This document shows positions 12,809-24,740 of a stretch of DNA of 64,000 bases, piece after piece (position 1 is the stretch's first letter; every line of letters begins with the position of its first letter). The notes under the pieces are model-generated. The model was given only the letters and a program-made list of their open reading frames with translations, was not told the DNA's origin and made no database searches. The stretch is taken from contig MU062453.1 in assembly GCA_013265495.1 (NCBI GenBank), forward strand, positions 2,142,484 through 2,206,483, given 5' to 3'. A program made the position numbers and the translations under genes. Source of the DNA: Vicugna vicugna (taxonomy: Eukaryota).

Positions 12809-15689
12809 CATCTACAGTCGCTGAAGTCAAAGAATCTGAAAATGAAGTTTCCCAAAGACAGAGGGACTCTCTAGGCACACAGGATTCCTCCAAATCATCT
12901 GAATACGACTTAAAACTCCCTCTCTACCCCCCAAGCATCTTCGCTGTTAGACAAAAACAGTACAACCACAGGAGAAGAGTCAGGAAACCTGCTTTCAAGT
13001 TCAAGTTCCCTTTCAGCCACAAAAATCACTTGGTAAGTCTGGACCATGTCACTGAACAGTTCTGGGCCTCAGTTTCCCCTTCTGGAAAAATGAGACAAAT
13101 GGGTGAGATGATGTCTTGGTCTCTTCCTGCTCTGACAACCCAGTTCAAAGATTCTAGTTGCCAATGATTTCTTCGGGTTATTAAAGACCAGAAGGTCGTA
13201 AGCCACAGTCCCTTCAGTCCCAGTTACGAATTAATAAAAGAACTGACAGTTTGAACAGACACACATGGTCTGTAATTGTGAAAAGCTGAGAACTATGTAA
13301 ATGCTCAATATAAAAGGAATGGTTAAATAATAATAATAACTTTGTTAGTATGTTGTTATACTATGTTATTTAGTTATTATAATTATAGGTAATATATATG
13401 GAGCACTTACTATGCGCCAGGCATTGCTTTGAGAGCTTTACAGGTCTTAACTTATCCAATTTCCCCATCAATCTAAGAGGTGAGCCACATTTCCAGAAAT
13501 GAGGCGCACACAGATAAAGCACTTGCCCACAGTTACACAGCCAGTAAGTAGCCAGGATTCGACGTGGACAGTGGGCATCCAGAGCCGTCATGTTTCACTA
13601 TGATGCCATTAAAGGACTGGTGATGAACAGTGCCTGGTGGTAACACGAGGGACTGCACAGAAGGGACGAGAGAAGTAAGACATAATATCTTGTGTGTGCT
13701 GAGATCACACCTAGGCTAACACAATGCAAAGAACAAGCAGGAAATGCAGCAAAAGGTGAAATGGCTGTTTGGAGGGTGAGATCTTTCTGCTTGTCTTTAT
13801 TTTGCAAATGTTCTACCATGAGCAAAGTGACAGCAGAAACAGCCAGTGTGCGGAGGGCGCCCCTGGGAGCCAGAACCGCGCCTAACGCTTACCACTTCAC
13901 TGCACCTAATCTCTCAGCACCACCCCCAGGGCCCAGATGTTTGCCTGCCCTGTGACAGCTGAATCCCCCGCATCTACTGCGGGGGCCAGGCACACAGCAG
14001 GCACTCAACAAAATGCAGGGAAGAGAACAAGCCTGTGGGGTAAGAACAGAGATTTCCCCATTTTACAGGGAAAGAAACTGAGGCCCAAGAGCCAACTGCC
14101 CAAGGTCACAGAGCTGGTAAGTGGTGGCCCAGGACAAGCACAGGTAGGGCCACACCCTAGGGCAGAGTTTCCACCACCCACACCAGAGGTGAAACATCAC
14201 CAAAGAAGGAGGCTAAACACGTCGTGTGATACAGGATTATCAGGACGGGGCATGGGGAAGGAGGAGAGGGTAGGCATAAAAAACATTCTGGAAAAAAATA
14301 GGTGAAATTTTAATATAGATTGTGGACTATATAATTTAGTATCAATGTGACATTTCCCGATTGTGTTCAGTGTACTGTGGTTATATGAGAAACTGTCTGT
14401 GTTCTTAGAAGATACATCCTGAATTATTTAGGGGCATCATGTCTGCAATTACTCTCAAATGGATCCAAGCAATAATAATAATAATAATGTGGGTATGCGT
14501 GTGCACGTGTGTGTGTATGTAGGGAAGGCAGAGGCAGGGGAGAAGGGAAAGAAGAGGGGAGAACTACCAAACAAATGTCGCCCACGGCTGACAACTGGTA
14601 CATCTGGGTGAAGGACATACAGGGTGCTCTGTATCCTTGAAATGTCAAAACAAAAAGTTACCCAAATATTAATTTTACAAAAAATGTATTAAAATGCCCA
14701 TAAATACAGCATACTGGGGTTTTATGTCTAGACCCCTGAACACATGTGCAAATGTACAACATATACAGCCGGTGACACAAGACATCATTTTCCCATACTC
14801 GGTTCCATAAAAGAGAGCCTGCAGGTGAACTGACATAAGGAAATGTACTTTCAACATCTACCCTTCCACCCCCCACACTGTATTTATTACCATTGTGATC
14901 AAGGGGAATTAGATCTTAAAAACCACCCAGTCAACAGCCTGGCCAGCCATCAGCTAGCGGCTGGGACACAGAGCTCCCTCTGCCCTCCGGTGTGCTTAGG
15001 GCAGGAGGCCAAGGAGGCCAGTCTGCAGGCACTCCCCGTGCTGGGGTCCACGCTCCTCAAAGTCAAGGAACCAGGAAGGCCTGGTGGCAAGAGCCAGGAG
15101 GGCCTCTGTCACAGAGTATCAGCCATTCAATCCCCTTCTCTCACACATTTATTCCCTCGACTGATACTAACAGAGCCAGGGCCAGGGGTTGGTCAGTGAA
15201 CACAGCCCTGACCTCATATGACTTGTATCCTAGTTGAGGAGATAGACACTAACCAAGTAAACTGACAAGATCATCTCAGGGAGTGACAGGTAACAAGAAG
15301 AAAATAGGTGTGCTGATGTACAGAATGTGACTCGAAGGCTCACTGAGGAAGTGACACTGAGTCACAGTTGAACAAGAGGGAGGAGCACAGTCAAAGGTGC
15401 TGCAGGCAAAAGGAACAGCAAATGAGGAGGCTCAGAGGCTAGACCCAGCGTGGCAAGTTCAAGAACAGAAAGAAAGCCGGTGGGCCCAGGACATAATGAA
15501 CCTGCAGGGAGATGAGGTTGGTGTGGTGAGCAGGGTTCTGATCACAGAAAATCTTATAAGCCACAGTAAGGAGTCTGGATTCAATCAGCCTCAATGTTCT
15601 GCTCCCCTTACCTCCAGCACAGTGGGGACAGGAGAGGAAGGAGACCCTTTATGATTGCCATCACCTCATCAAACAAACCAGAATGAAAT

Positions 15690-16248
15690 CGTGAGATGTT
15701 AGACCTAAGCCTAACCCTGTCAACAATTACGTTAAATGTACATGAGCTAAATAGTCTAATTAAAAGGCAAAGACTGTCAGAATGGATAAGAAACCAAGGC
15801 AGCTCTGTGACGCCTGTAAGAAATGCGCTTGAAATATAAAGACACAAAGAGGCTAATAGGAAAAAGATGGAAAACAGAAAGCATAAGAGAACTGGCATTA
15901 GCTATATTAATATCAGACCAAAGAGACTTCAAGACAAGAAGCATTAACAGGGATAAAGAGGAGTGTTTCATAATGATAAAAAAAATCAATTCATCAGAAA
16001 GACATAATCATAAGTGTGTATGTCCCAACAAAATGACTTTAAAATATGCAAAGTAAAACTGACAGAGTTCAAGGGCGAGACACACAGATCTATCCCACAA
16101 TCATAGCTGGAGATGTCCACAGCCCTCACTCAGGAACTGGTAGAACAAAAGGTTCAAAATTGGTAAGGACATAAAAGATCTGAACAACACTATCAACCAC
16201 CTTGATCCAAATGACATTTGTAGAACATTCTACCCAACAACAGCAGAG
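15690..16248 (+). mobile_element. Degenerate L1 ORF2 endonuclease-domain fragment
   Basis: From 15723 reads TITLNVHELNSLIKRQRLSEWIR, then KDTKRL...AILISDQRDFK...RDKEECFIMIK: L1 EN motifs with frameshifts and stops. Confidence 0.85.
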
Positions 16249-16250
16249 TC

Positions 16251-16300
16251 CAGGCAGACCTCATATCATTGTACTTTGTTTTATTGTGCTTCAGGTTCTT
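16251..16300 (+). mobile_element. Tigger1-like 5' terminus fragment
   Basis: CAGGCAGACCTC...GTTTTATTGTGCTTCA resembles the Tigger1 terminal sequence. Confidence 0.45.
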
Positions 16301-16350
16301 GGTTAAATTCAGCTTTGGAGGCAATCTGAGTTCAAATCCACCATTAACCA

Positions 16351-16863
16351 TGGTGGTAAGCGGAAGCCCAAGATGGTCCCCAAGTGTTCTGCCCCCTTGT
16401 ATACATGCCCTAGAGCATGCGTTCTTCTTTTGAGTGGGTGGGACCATGTATAAGAATTCATTCCTCTGATTAGGTTATGGGGCTGTGTTTCCTTCATCGG
16501 GCCATGCCTTCCATTAGAAAAGGGCCATGTTTCAAGAGGGCATACTGACAAGGACCTGAGGGCAGCCTCTAGGAGGTGAGAGCCATCACAAGCCATCAGC
16601 CAGCAGGAAAATGTGGGGTCTCAGTCCTACAGCTGCAAGGAACTGAATTCGACCAAGAACCTAAGCAGAGGCCCCCTAAGATTCAGACAAAATCACAGTC
16701 CTGGCCAGACCATGACTGCAACTTTGTGAGACCCTGAGCAGAAAACCCAGTTACATCATGCCTGGAATTCTGACCACAGAAATTGCAAGACGATTATCAA
16801 CAGGACTGCTTCAAACCACTAAGTGTGGGGTAATTTGTTACACAGCAATAGACAACTGATACG
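16351..16863 (+). mobile_element. MaLR solo LTR (MLT1E/F-like)
   Basis: TGGTGGTAAGCGG...AAGATGGTCCCC start; AAACCACTAAGTGTGGGGTAATTTGTTACACAGCAATAGACAACTGATAC end, typical of MLT1. Confidence 0.8.
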
Positions 16864-17384
16864 TCCTCACTTGTGATCTTGGGCAAGTGGCTTCACATCT
16901 CTGGGCCTCAGTTTCTTCATCAGCACAATTGTGAGGATGCAACTGAAGCAGGATGTGTAACCGTCTTACCCGGCAAGTGGGAATGGTTTATTCTGTGCCC
17001 TTTCAGGTCTGCGAAGGGATTTCAGAGTGGGGCAGTGGGAGGGGCCTCAATGTATTTTTGAAGAGATGACCATTTTTTTTCATCTTTGGGTAGGTTCCCT
17101 GGGGAAGGGGGTAGATAATATCTTCCAGCTTCAAATGTCAGTCATCCCAGAGATGCCTCTGCTCCCAACTGCCTTCTGAGTGCAGAGACCAGGAGTCCAG
17201 AACAAGTGGCCACTTGGCCAAAATGAATTCAGGTGCTTATTTCAAGCCCCAGGAATGATCTGAGGTACTTTTTTCACGATGAGACCCTGAAACTGTCCTT
17301 GTACAAAAAAGTACAGAAATACTAAGAATCTAAAATATAAGAATAATTTCAATAAAAGAACTTATTACCATTGACTGGAGACTG

Positions 17385-17550
17385 GCTGTGTGCCAGACAC
17401 TGAGCAAAGTGTCCCAATCCATTTTACAGATGAGGAAACTGAGGCCCAAAGAGGGGAAACTCCTTGCTTAGGGTCACACAGCCACTGTGGAGCAAAGACA
17501 CGATTCAGACCCAGGCAGTCTGGGCCAGACTCTGGGTGCTTAAGCGTGAC
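17385..17550 (-). mobile_element. MIR
   Basis: CCATTTTACAGATGAGGAAACTGAGGCCCA...GGGTCACACAGC. Confidence 0.85.
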
Positions 17551-17744
17551 ACCACGCTGCGGAAAATTCTCCTGCAACACATAGCTTGGCCCACACCCAC
17601 CCATATACCCTTGTTGTGTTACAGAACATCAGACTATCTCAGTCCAAGGTCCCCAAAAATCTGAATGTGGACATTTAGCAGTTACATAAATCATGACAGC
17701 CCCATTATAGAAGAAAATAAAAACATGTATACAGAGAAGAAGAA

Positions 17745-18470
17745 TTTTTTTTCATTCAACAAATATTTATTGAGCACATACTATGTGCCAGGCATTGTCC
17801 TTAGTGCTGGAGAGACAGAGTGAATGAAAAACCACTCAGGAAAAAGGAGACAGGAAGTGGGCTCAGGGGTGGAGTACAATTTCAAGTGGGAAGCGGGGTG
17901 GGGGTGGTCCGAAAGAACTCATGGAGAACACCAGGTTTCAGTGGAGGCCTGAAGGAGTGAGCCACAGCGATACCAGAGGAAGAGCATTCCAGATGGAACA
18001 AGTGAGGAGCTCCTGAGGCAGGAGTGTGTCTGTGCATCTGAGAAAGGGCCCACGTGGCTAGTAAAGAGGGAGGGCGGGAGGAGGAGCAACAGGAGATCCT
18101 AGAATTAGACAGCGGTGTGACTACACAACTTTGTGAATATATCCTCAAACCACCGAATTGTACACTTTAGGAGGTGAGGTTTATGGTGTGTGAATCATAT
18201 CTCAATGTCTTAAAAACCCAAAAACTGCGTGAGAAAAAAAGACAGATAAGAGAGGATGGGAGAAGCAACAGGCAGATCGTGCAGGACCTTCCAGGTCATT
18301 CTAAGGACTTGGCTTTTACTTTGAGGGAAGTGGTAGCTTTGGTAGAGGGCTTTGAGCAGGGCAGTGGCATTACCTAACTTAAGTGCTAACCAGACTCCCT
18401 CAACCTTCTGTATGAAGAACAGAAAGTGGGCGGCAAAGGGAGGGCAGAGGAGGTGACTGCAATCGTCCTG
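17745..18470 (-). mobile_element. L2 3' region (interrupted by an L1 scrap)
   Basis: TTCATTCAACAAATATTTATTGAGCACATACTATGTGCCAGGC...GAGGGCTTTGAGCAGG. Confidence 0.75.
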
Positions 18471-18999
18471 GCCAGTTCCCAACCCAGTGTCCTTGGGCAA
18501 GTTACCCTCTGTGACTCAGTTTTCCTCACCTGTGAAATGGGTCTGAAAAAGAGGTCTCCCAGGGCGGGGATGAGAGCTGGTATCAGGTAAAGTGCTGTTG
18601 TGACAGCCGTGAGTGGAGGGTGGAGTCAGAGGTGCCACCTAACAGTTTTTATTCATGCAAATCAGCTTCCTGAGCAGAAAACAAGGGGTGTACCCTTCCC
18701 TCATAAGAAGCAGGAATCCATCAACAGCCCTCCCAGCACAGCCTGTCCACACCCAGGCCACAAATGGGGCCCCAAACTCCTCTCTGGGTGTGGTCAACTC
18801 AGACACAGTACCCCCCTAGACAGGGGACAGAAACAGCCCAGGTCACACAGCAGCCTGGGTGCAGACAGGGGATCTGCCTGGGGGAGGGGAAGGTGTGGCC
18901 CTCCCTCCTGGACAGGTGTCCAGGCTAGAAGCAGGAGGTGGCTGCTGGACCTTGAGAAGGCCACCAGGCAGTCCTGATTTTCAGATTATCAGTTAAACC

Positions 19000-19720
19000 A
19001 TGCTCCACCCCAGGGGCTCCTCACCCCAATAAGACCAAACCCAAACTGCTCACCATGCATGTGAGGCCCATGCCACCAGGCCCCTGCTGCCCATGCCAAC
19101 CTCACTTCCCCCACACTCCCTTCCAACCACCCTGGTCTCTTGCTGTTACACCTCAAACAAGTCAAACGTTGTCCTGTCTCAGGGCCTCTGCACATGCTGT
19201 TCCCACTACCTGGAACACACTTCTCAACTCTTTCCATAGCAGGCTCCTTCTCTGCCATAGGACACAGCTCAGATGCCACCTCTCCAGAGAGGCCTTCCTT
19301 GACCACCCTATCTCCAGAGATGCCACCATCCCCATCACTAACATATCTCCATTTTACTTCCTCCTTGGTGTATCCATTCCCAAACTGTGTGGACTTGAGC
19401 AAGGTACTCAACCTCTCTGGGCCTTACTTTCCCCACCTGCAAAATAGGTATAATGATGGTATCTACCTCAGAGGACTGTTGTAAGGACTCAAAGAGATAA
19501 TCCATAGAAAGCACAGTACCTTGCACACTGAGGGCCCCAGTGGATTATGTGATCATTATTACACCTCCTGTCACTTTCTCAAGTGATCTCTTTTTGTATT
19601 GTCTGAGGATTCCATAAGGGCAAGAACACTGTCCATCTTGTACTGGCCACGTGTCAACACCTAGCCCAGTGTCTGGCACACAGTAGGTACTTAATGTCCA
19701 TTTAATGAATGAATAAGTGA
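19000..19720 (+). mobile_element. L2 3' region (interrupted by a MIR)
   Basis: CTCAGGGCCTCTGCACATGCTG...AGGCCTTCCTTGACCACCC...GTCTGGCACACAGTAGGTACTTAATG...AATGAATGAAT. Confidence 0.75.
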
Positions 19721-20495
19721 CTTTGTGAATGAACGCGCTGACTGCCCGCCCACAGCCCGCCCCAATGCTGGCCTCACTCCTCCTAAGAGTAGCTCCTTGC
19801 AGAAGCCACCCACCCTCCCCAGCAAGGGGAGGAAAGGACAAGACCTCAGATTCTGGTGGCAACTGGCCACCTGCCACTACCAGCCTTCAGTGGCCCTAGT
19901 CCTGCCAGCCTGAAATAGCCTCACCTACCCTGGCCCAGAATCAAGGGATCGTCTGTCAGTTCCACCCTGGGGAAGGAACCAGGCGGGTAAACACAGATTG
20001 TGTGTCTGACCACAAGACAAACGAGAGGCAGGCGGGCAGATTCCCTTCTGGTCCTCAAGGAGCTGAAAAAACTAAAATAAACCTAAAAATCCATGCTCGG
20101 CCGGGAGGCTGGAGGGCTTCTCTTCCTTCCACGGCCAGTATTTCAGGGAGACTGACCCTACCACAGCTGTGCCAAGTGCATGGATGACGACACTCACTCC
20201 TGCGATTACCTCCACTTCACAGAACGGGGAAACCCGTTCACAGAGGCAAAAGGACTTACCCAAGGTCACACGGCGCAGAGCCGGGTTTCCAACCCAGGCC
20301 CTTTGTCTCCAGAGTCTGTGCTCTTAACTATGAACCCAAGACCACTGCAGGGTGAAAAGAACAAACTGTATCTTGCCATTTATGTTAACACGTACCCATT
20401 TATACACACACATCAATTCCATACGTATGTACGTATGTATGTGAACGTCCTAAAGTGGTCTAAAAGCCAAGCTGGTGGTCAATGGAGTTTTTAGC

Positions 20496-20719
20496 CAGTG
20501 ACTCCCAGCCAGGGGCTATTTGACCCCCAAGGGACATGTGGCAATGTCTGTAGACAGGTTTAATTGTACCCAGGGGTCGGGGAAGGAGAAGGGGTGCTAC
20601 TGGCATCCAGTAGGTAGAGGCCAGGGATGCTATTAAACCTCCTACAATGCACAGGACAGCCCCGCAACAAAGAGTGATCCCACCCAACACGCCAACAGTG
20701 CCGATGGCTGAAAGACGAG
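20496..20719 (+). mobile_element. MER20 (hAT-Charlie) near full length
   Basis: GGGACATGTGGCAATGTCTGTAGACA...GTGCTACTGGCATCCAGTAGGTAGAGGCCAGGGATGCT...TACAATGCACAGGACAGCCCC. Confidence 0.85.
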
Positions 20720-21411
20720 TGATTCACCCCAGACCAGACCCTAGGGCTGGAAATGCCCCCCACGGAACCTGCTTAAGGGGGACAGTGGATCCAAGCTAAA
20801 ACGAATCTCCAGAGAAGGCTGCAGGCTCCCAAAGCCCTTCCCCAGAATTCTCAGGATGGAGCCCTGACCAGCTGCAGAGCCACCGCCTCTGATCAGGGCT
20901 CACCTCCCTCCGGGGGCCGCAACTTCTACAGGGGGTCCCCTTGGGGGTCTCACCTGCAAAACCAGGAGGTTCAGACCTTCCACCTCCTGGCTTGCTCTCA
21001 AGTTCTGTCTCCTAAATTCTGGGAGCTCTGACCTCACGCTGTGCCCACGAAACAAGGCCAGTGGGACTCCACACTCCGGTTAGAGGACCCGCCCACTCTG
21101 GTCACCCACCTCCCACCGGCGTTCCAGCCAGAGAACCTGTGTTTCTTGGGAAAAAGATGAGAAATCACAAAAATCTAGGAAGTGAAGTCCTGCAGCGAGG
21201 CACAGCCTGCTTCAAAGACTTTACTCTTGTAAAGCTTTAAGAGAGGGGCGGCTGTAAAGCAAAGAGGATGTGGGTTTCTTAATCTGAGGGAGTGGCCCCA
21301 AGCCCAACAGCTCTTCTGCTCACTGGGCTGATAACGGGGGACACTCTCTAAGAAAGGGGTGCTCCTGAAGCCTCCAAAAGCCAGGGACACCAACCCCATC
21401 CATCACTTCTT

Positions 21412-21626
21412 TTTTTTTTTAACTGAAGTATCGATGATTTACAATATTGTGTATTTTCAGGTGTACAGCAAATTGATTCTATTATACATACACATATATA
21501 TGTTCTTTTTCTATTCTTTTCCATCATGGGTTATTACAAAACATTGAGACTAGTTCCCTGTGCTATACAGTAGGTCCTTGTTTACTTTATACACAGTAGT
21601 GTGTATATGTTAATCCCAAACTCCTA
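21412..21626 (-). mobile_element. 5'-truncated L1 3' end (artiodactyl/camelid type)
   Basis: Poly-T followed by L1 3'UTR-like sequence. 17-bp TSD CCCATCCATCACTTCTT (21395-411) / CCCATCCATCTCTTCTT (21627-643). TT|AAGA endonuclease-type target. Confidence 0.85.
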
Positions 21627-22169
21627 CCCATCCATCTCTTCTTAAAGTGACAGATAAATGGTTAAAAGAGCAAACACCAGAATAATAGTGAATGGGTGTC
21701 TGGAATGCTTATTTGACGAACATGCTCATCCAAATGCACGAATTCTAGCATCCCTGTTGAGTCATCTTTCTCATAAGGACAAGGCCCACATTTGCCCTGT
21801 TGGCGGCTGCATCTTCATGGCCTAGAATGCTGCCTGGATGATATGGCAGGTGCTCCCTGTGCATCTGCACACTGAGAAAAGCAGTCTAATTTCTTTATGG
21901 CTTCCCCTGTACTTGGCTTTGTTTGCTATATACAAAACACAGGCCCCACTCAACTCCTGCTGACACTTAGGCATTTATCATCAAAAAACTTTCCCCAACT
22001 TCCTGATGATGTTCAGCCCAACACAAGGTGGCCTGGTCCTGGCCCTCCAGCATCCTAAAGCTCAGATAATTTGGATCTTTTGGCTTAATTCTTGCCCACT
22101 TGGGCAGCTCAAAGGTCTCACAAAGGCAGTCATTTTAGTCATGAACACAGCATCATGTTGGAGTAGTTC

Positions 22170-22400
22170 AGGTTAATGGTAAAAATAACGGGCTATGCAG
22201 CCAGACAACCTGGGTTTGAATCCCCACTCTGTCAGGCTGTGTGATCTTGGGAAAATAACTTAGTCTCTCTGTGCCTTTGTGTTACTTGTAAAATGGGAAA
22301 CACGGTAATACCTGGAACTTTTGAGCTGATACAGAGAACGCTTTACACAGGGCTTACGAACATTTTAGCACTGCATAAGTGTTAAGAAAATTATTATTAC
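22170..22400 (+). mobile_element. MIR
   Basis: CCTGGGTTTGAATCCCCACTCTG...GTGTGATCTTGGG...TGTAAAATGGG. Confidence 0.8.
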
Positions 22401-23329
22401 TATTGCTGTTGCATTAATCTAATAATCATGCTGCAAATATAATTCCTTCTGTTGGCGATTTATAAAAAAGAAATACTCTCATACCTACGCATAATGGTAT
22501 GTGGAAAGGGTATTACAAACAGCATTTCTTAGTACATTTCTCCTGTTCTATCTTTCTGCTTGCCTTTCTCCACAAACACACATCCATCCATCTTTTCCCC
22601 CAAACTCCTGTAATGTTATACATGCAACGGACATTATATTATGGTTACTGCTCATTTTCCCAAGGCGGAACATCTTAGCAACTTACTTTTCACAACACAA
22701 CGTTATGAAAACCCCCACGTCACTGGCTAGGTCACTCTGTTTCAGTGCCTGCAGAATTAACAATGTGTCCCCTGCCCCCACTCCCCAGCATTGCTCGCTA
22801 GTATCAGACTAGGAGTACAAAATCTTTAAAAAAAAAAATAGTGACAACACAAAACCACAGTTTCTTGTTTTGGCAAGCAGAGTTCCAATGAGAAAAAAAG
22901 CTTTCATCTCCTACCCCCAAAAAGCAGAACCACAGAAAGCATTCTGGGAGCTTTCTGACCACACTCCCTGATCCTCAAGGACCCCGGCCCAGACAGTTCA
23001 GGCAGACCCTCTGGGTGCCTGGGAGTGACAGATCTCTGTCCTCAGCCAAGGGGAGCCCTTGGGGAATCTCTCTGCCCATCCACTCGGGCTCCCCCTCTCT
23101 TCCCATCACTGCCCAGCTGGCACACCAATCAGGGGACCCACAGGCACCTGCCCCTGAGGACAGATTCCCAACCCTTGCGGCAGAGACCCTAAACCAATCC
23201 AACCAAGAGGCAAGTGGGTTCAAGGCTCACCTGGCCTCTCTTTAAGGGGGAAGACTTTGAGCCCCAAAAAGACAACCTCATCTGCCCCTCACTGCTGCAC
23301 ATCCCCCAGAAAGCCACAAAGCATTCTGA

Positions 23330-23960
23330 GCACCTACTGTGTGCCTGGTAGAGTACTAAGAGCATTAACCTCAGGTTCATTCAAGCTTCAACAACACCCA
23401 TGATGCAGCTGGTGATGTACTATGCCCACTGTACAGAGTGGGAAACTGAGGCACAGAGTGGGCTGGTGACCTGCTCAGGGCCACCCACAGTCAGTGCCAG
23501 TTAAAGCCAGGATCTGAGCACGAGTAGCCTGGCTGCAGAGTCCCACACTCCACTCTCACGTCACAAACAGACGTGGAGTGCAGAGGAGGAACCCAATAGC
23601 CTGATGTTTCCATTCTTCTGCAGTCCTGCCCATTCTGCAGAAGAGAGAACCGGCCTCACAGAGGGGAAGTAACCAGAGAAAGCACAGGCAGAGGGTGACG
23701 GTCACACAGCCCTGGGTTCGAATCCCAGTTTTGCCACATTAATAAGTCATGTGTCAAGCCCTCTATAAGCCAGAGGTAGTCTGCAAAGTGGCTAGGGGTG
23801 TGAGTTCTGGAGTCAGCAGCCATCTACACGACCCAGATACTTAAACTACCTTTGCCTTAGTCTCTTGATCTGTCAATGGGGTAATAAGAGCACTTCCTTC
23901 ATCGGAGTGTTGGGAAGATCAAATGAGCTGATATATGCAAAGTGCTTAGAATGGTAAATG
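23330..23960. mobile_element. MIR cluster (one - strand copy, then + strand pieces)
   Basis: GGAAACTGAGGCACAGAG at ~23442; CCTGGGTTCGAATCCCAG at 23711 (intact B box); GTTCTGGAGTCAG at ~23804. Confidence 0.75.
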
Positions 23961-24509
23961 AAGAATCAGTGTCAGCTCCCAAACAGTAATGACTGTCATT
24001 GTTATTACCATGACTAACACTGCCCAAGAGTACACACGGTGCACCTAACAAAGCCAGGGCTTCTAACTGCTGAGATCAGTCAAAACCCGGGGCATGTTCT
24101 CCCACAACCTCTATGGGGCTCCCCAAGAGAGATCCAGCATTCCTACAGGAGGGCTGTCCCTCTCTTTCCATGATTCTTAAATAAACATACACAAAATACA
24201 GCACCAAAGTCATCAGCCCACTTGGAGACAGAGGAGGAGGCGCAATCCAGTTCCTGAAGGAGGTGGTGAAAGATGCGGAGATTCTGGAGGAACCACAGAG
24301 CCCCAGACCCGGAACCAAACAAAACCACTGGTTCCGGAATGTAATTGGTCAAAAGGAAATTCACTCAGAGTTCCTGTCCTCCTTTCAGTGCTGACGCAGA
24401 TCTCACTTCCTCCAGGCAGTCCTCCCTGACTACTCTTGCTTGCTGGATGCTAGAATCCTATAATCCTAATCATCTGTATTATTTGTTTAATTATCGTATA
24501 ACATAACAA

Positions 24510-24740
24510 TTAATGACAATAACTAAAATTTAGAAATGCCTTACTACCTGCTAGGCATTGTTCCAAGTGCTTTATATATATTTATATAACTCATTCATTC
24601 TCTTAAAAATCCTGTAAAAGATCTATTATCATCCTCTATTTTACAGATGAGGAAAGTGGGGTTCAGAAAGGTCAAGTCTCTTGCCTAAAGTCACACAGCA
24701 CAAGGACCTGACCCCAAGCACTCTGGCTCCAGAGACCAGA
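24510..24740 (-). mobile_element. MIR
   Basis: CTATTTTACAGATGAGGAAAGTGG...TGCCTAAAGTCACACAGC. Confidence 0.82.

Noticed and set aside
12669-13167. (HT)n / (CV)n ORFs
   Set aside because: Translation of the (AC)28 microsatellite.
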